Below are positions 62,343 through 64,000 of a stretch of 64,000 nucleotides of DNA, one piece after another (the first letter of the stretch is position 1; every line of letters begins with the position of its first letter). The stretch is from Bispira polyomma (taxonomy: Eukaryota), in NCBI GenBank assembly GCA_965649765.1, contig OZ287751.1, positions 67,518,001 through 67,582,000 on the forward strand, given 5' to 3'. Below the pieces are notes generated by a model. The model saw only the letters and a program-made list of their open reading frames with translations, was not told where the DNA came from and ran no database searches. Made by a program: the position numbers and the translations under genes.

Positions 62343-62585
62343 GGGTGGTCTCTTTGGCCCAGTTGTTACAGTGTCAGACTTTCGATCTTAGAGATCTTAA
62401 GAGCCCAGGTTCGATCCTTGCTGCAGGGCTGGAGATTGTACCCTTGGGCAAAGTGCTTTACACAAAGTTGTCCCTCTTTACCCAGGTGTATCAATGGTTA
62501 CCTGGCCACTAATGGGCATTAGTTATTGTGTGGCATATGTGGCAGCATGGCTAGTAGGCTTCCTGAGGGAACTGAGACTGAACAA
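62343..62585 (+). mobile_element. tRNA-derived SINE with CORE-like body
   Basis: tggcccagttg A box, ggttcgatcc B box, cccttgggcaaagtgctt...acccaggtgtatcaatgg. Confidence 0.7.
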
Positions 62586-64000
62586 TTTTTGATTTTGACA
62601 TGATGACAACTAAGGTTACTACCTTGAAAAATACTTTTTTTATCTTTCAGCAACTTCAATTAATAAACCAGAGAAACAGATTCAATTTGAAAAAAAATCA
62701 ATTCAACTACAGAAAATGTAAATTGGTTTTAAAGATCAATGTATTATGTATATAAATATAAACCCAGTGGTATTTATGAATGGCTGTGTAGTGTTCTCAC
62801 TGAGTTCTTAAATAATAGGATTCTTCTGTTTGTTAGGTAAATCCTCTTTAGCTCAGACACACACATATTGGTTCATATTCTATAATAGGATAGAACATAT
62901 ATATAAATATATAAATGCAATGACAACAGAAATAGTTAGTCCTTGATGATACTGATATTTTTGTAACCAGCAAATTTTTTTATTGAGATCTGGTAATTTA
63001 TGGAATGTATGTGTGTTATATATTTAGAAACATATATTTAGAAAAATATATGTGTTTTTTTCTATTGTTCAAATTGGACCTTTTACATTCTCTTTGTTAG
63101 TTATAAAGGTAACATTATATTCCAAAAGAAAGAAGAAAAAAACCCCGCAAAAATATTGAAGAGCTTATAACTTAACTTGCCTAGGTAAACCTTAAATTAA
63201 GTTATATATATATAGTTTCAGTCAATATATTAAATTTAATGGCTATTATATCAGCCCAAATTCAGGAATATTTATAAACTAGGATGAAAACAAAATATGT
63301 TGATTGTAATGCAAGTTATTCACCTTACAAAAAATGTATATATTAAATTTTATTTTTAATTTTATTTACAAATTGATTTCATAACACAATCGACTTATAT
63401 ATACATTATTTATTTACATAAATGTGGCGAGGGACATTAACAAGTCACATGGCTTATAAACGACTTCTGTAAAGAACGAATTACACAAATAAGTACAAAT
63501 AATAATAATAACTAGACAAGCAGCATTAGGGAGAGGACATACCTCGACCAAGGTACCACATTCAAACTCAATGACATACAGAATTTAGTGTATTTTCTGT
63601 TGTGCACAATCTACCTGGAAATAACAGCTATAACTATGGAGCATATATTTAAGTGCAATGTTATATTTATTGTTATTGTGGTGTTAACAAAGTAGTATAA
63701 TCCACCCACCCCCCACCCACCAAAAAAAAAGGATATATAGGATTACCGTAAAATATGCAATTACTGCTCTCTAAAATCTTCTCACCAATAATTAAAACAA
63801 CGCCCTCCTACTCAAATAACAGCGACTATTTTAAATGCTACAGTTTTTAAAAAAAATATTTTATATTGATCTCCACAAAAAATAGACATTACTATATATA
63901 TTTTACATGCATTTAATGAAGGAAATACAATTTCTTGTAGAGCATGTTTCCATGTGCATAGATTGCGGCTTGCAAATGCAGTTTGCGATTTTGAAATCGA

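Overview
Eukaryotic, AT-rich, repeat-dense DNA, most likely from an invertebrate. The SINE, LINE and MITE types suggest a lophotrochozoan such as a mollusc, which is inference. The window is mainly a tandem duplication (unit A ~1270-30630, unit B ~34430-62340). By manual splicing, each unit carries a 13-coding-exon + strand gene. All introns are GT-AG and all phases match: copy A is 8438-28544 (681 aa) and copy B is 37407-59233 (675 aa). The predicted protein has a possible N-myristoylation start, an intact Ser/Thr kinase domain (ULK/PDIK1L-STK35-like), an acidic/helical linker and three Mind bomb REP (SH3_15, GHGxW) repeats. It has no RING, ankyrin, ZZ or Mib-Herc2 domain. This kinase-REP3 architecture is invisible in the ORF track and is the main candidate for an undescribed system. 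The exon 3-4 join is inferred: a kinase-only isoform, or two adjacent genes, is the alternative. The introns hold satellites grown from the gene's own splice donors, L2/CR1-type LINEs, tRNA-derived SINEs, a hAT-type element, MITEs, a HINE/Helentron-like element and a Gmr1-type Gypsy remnant. The long Thr-, Val- and YSGG-rich ORFs are satellite artefacts.
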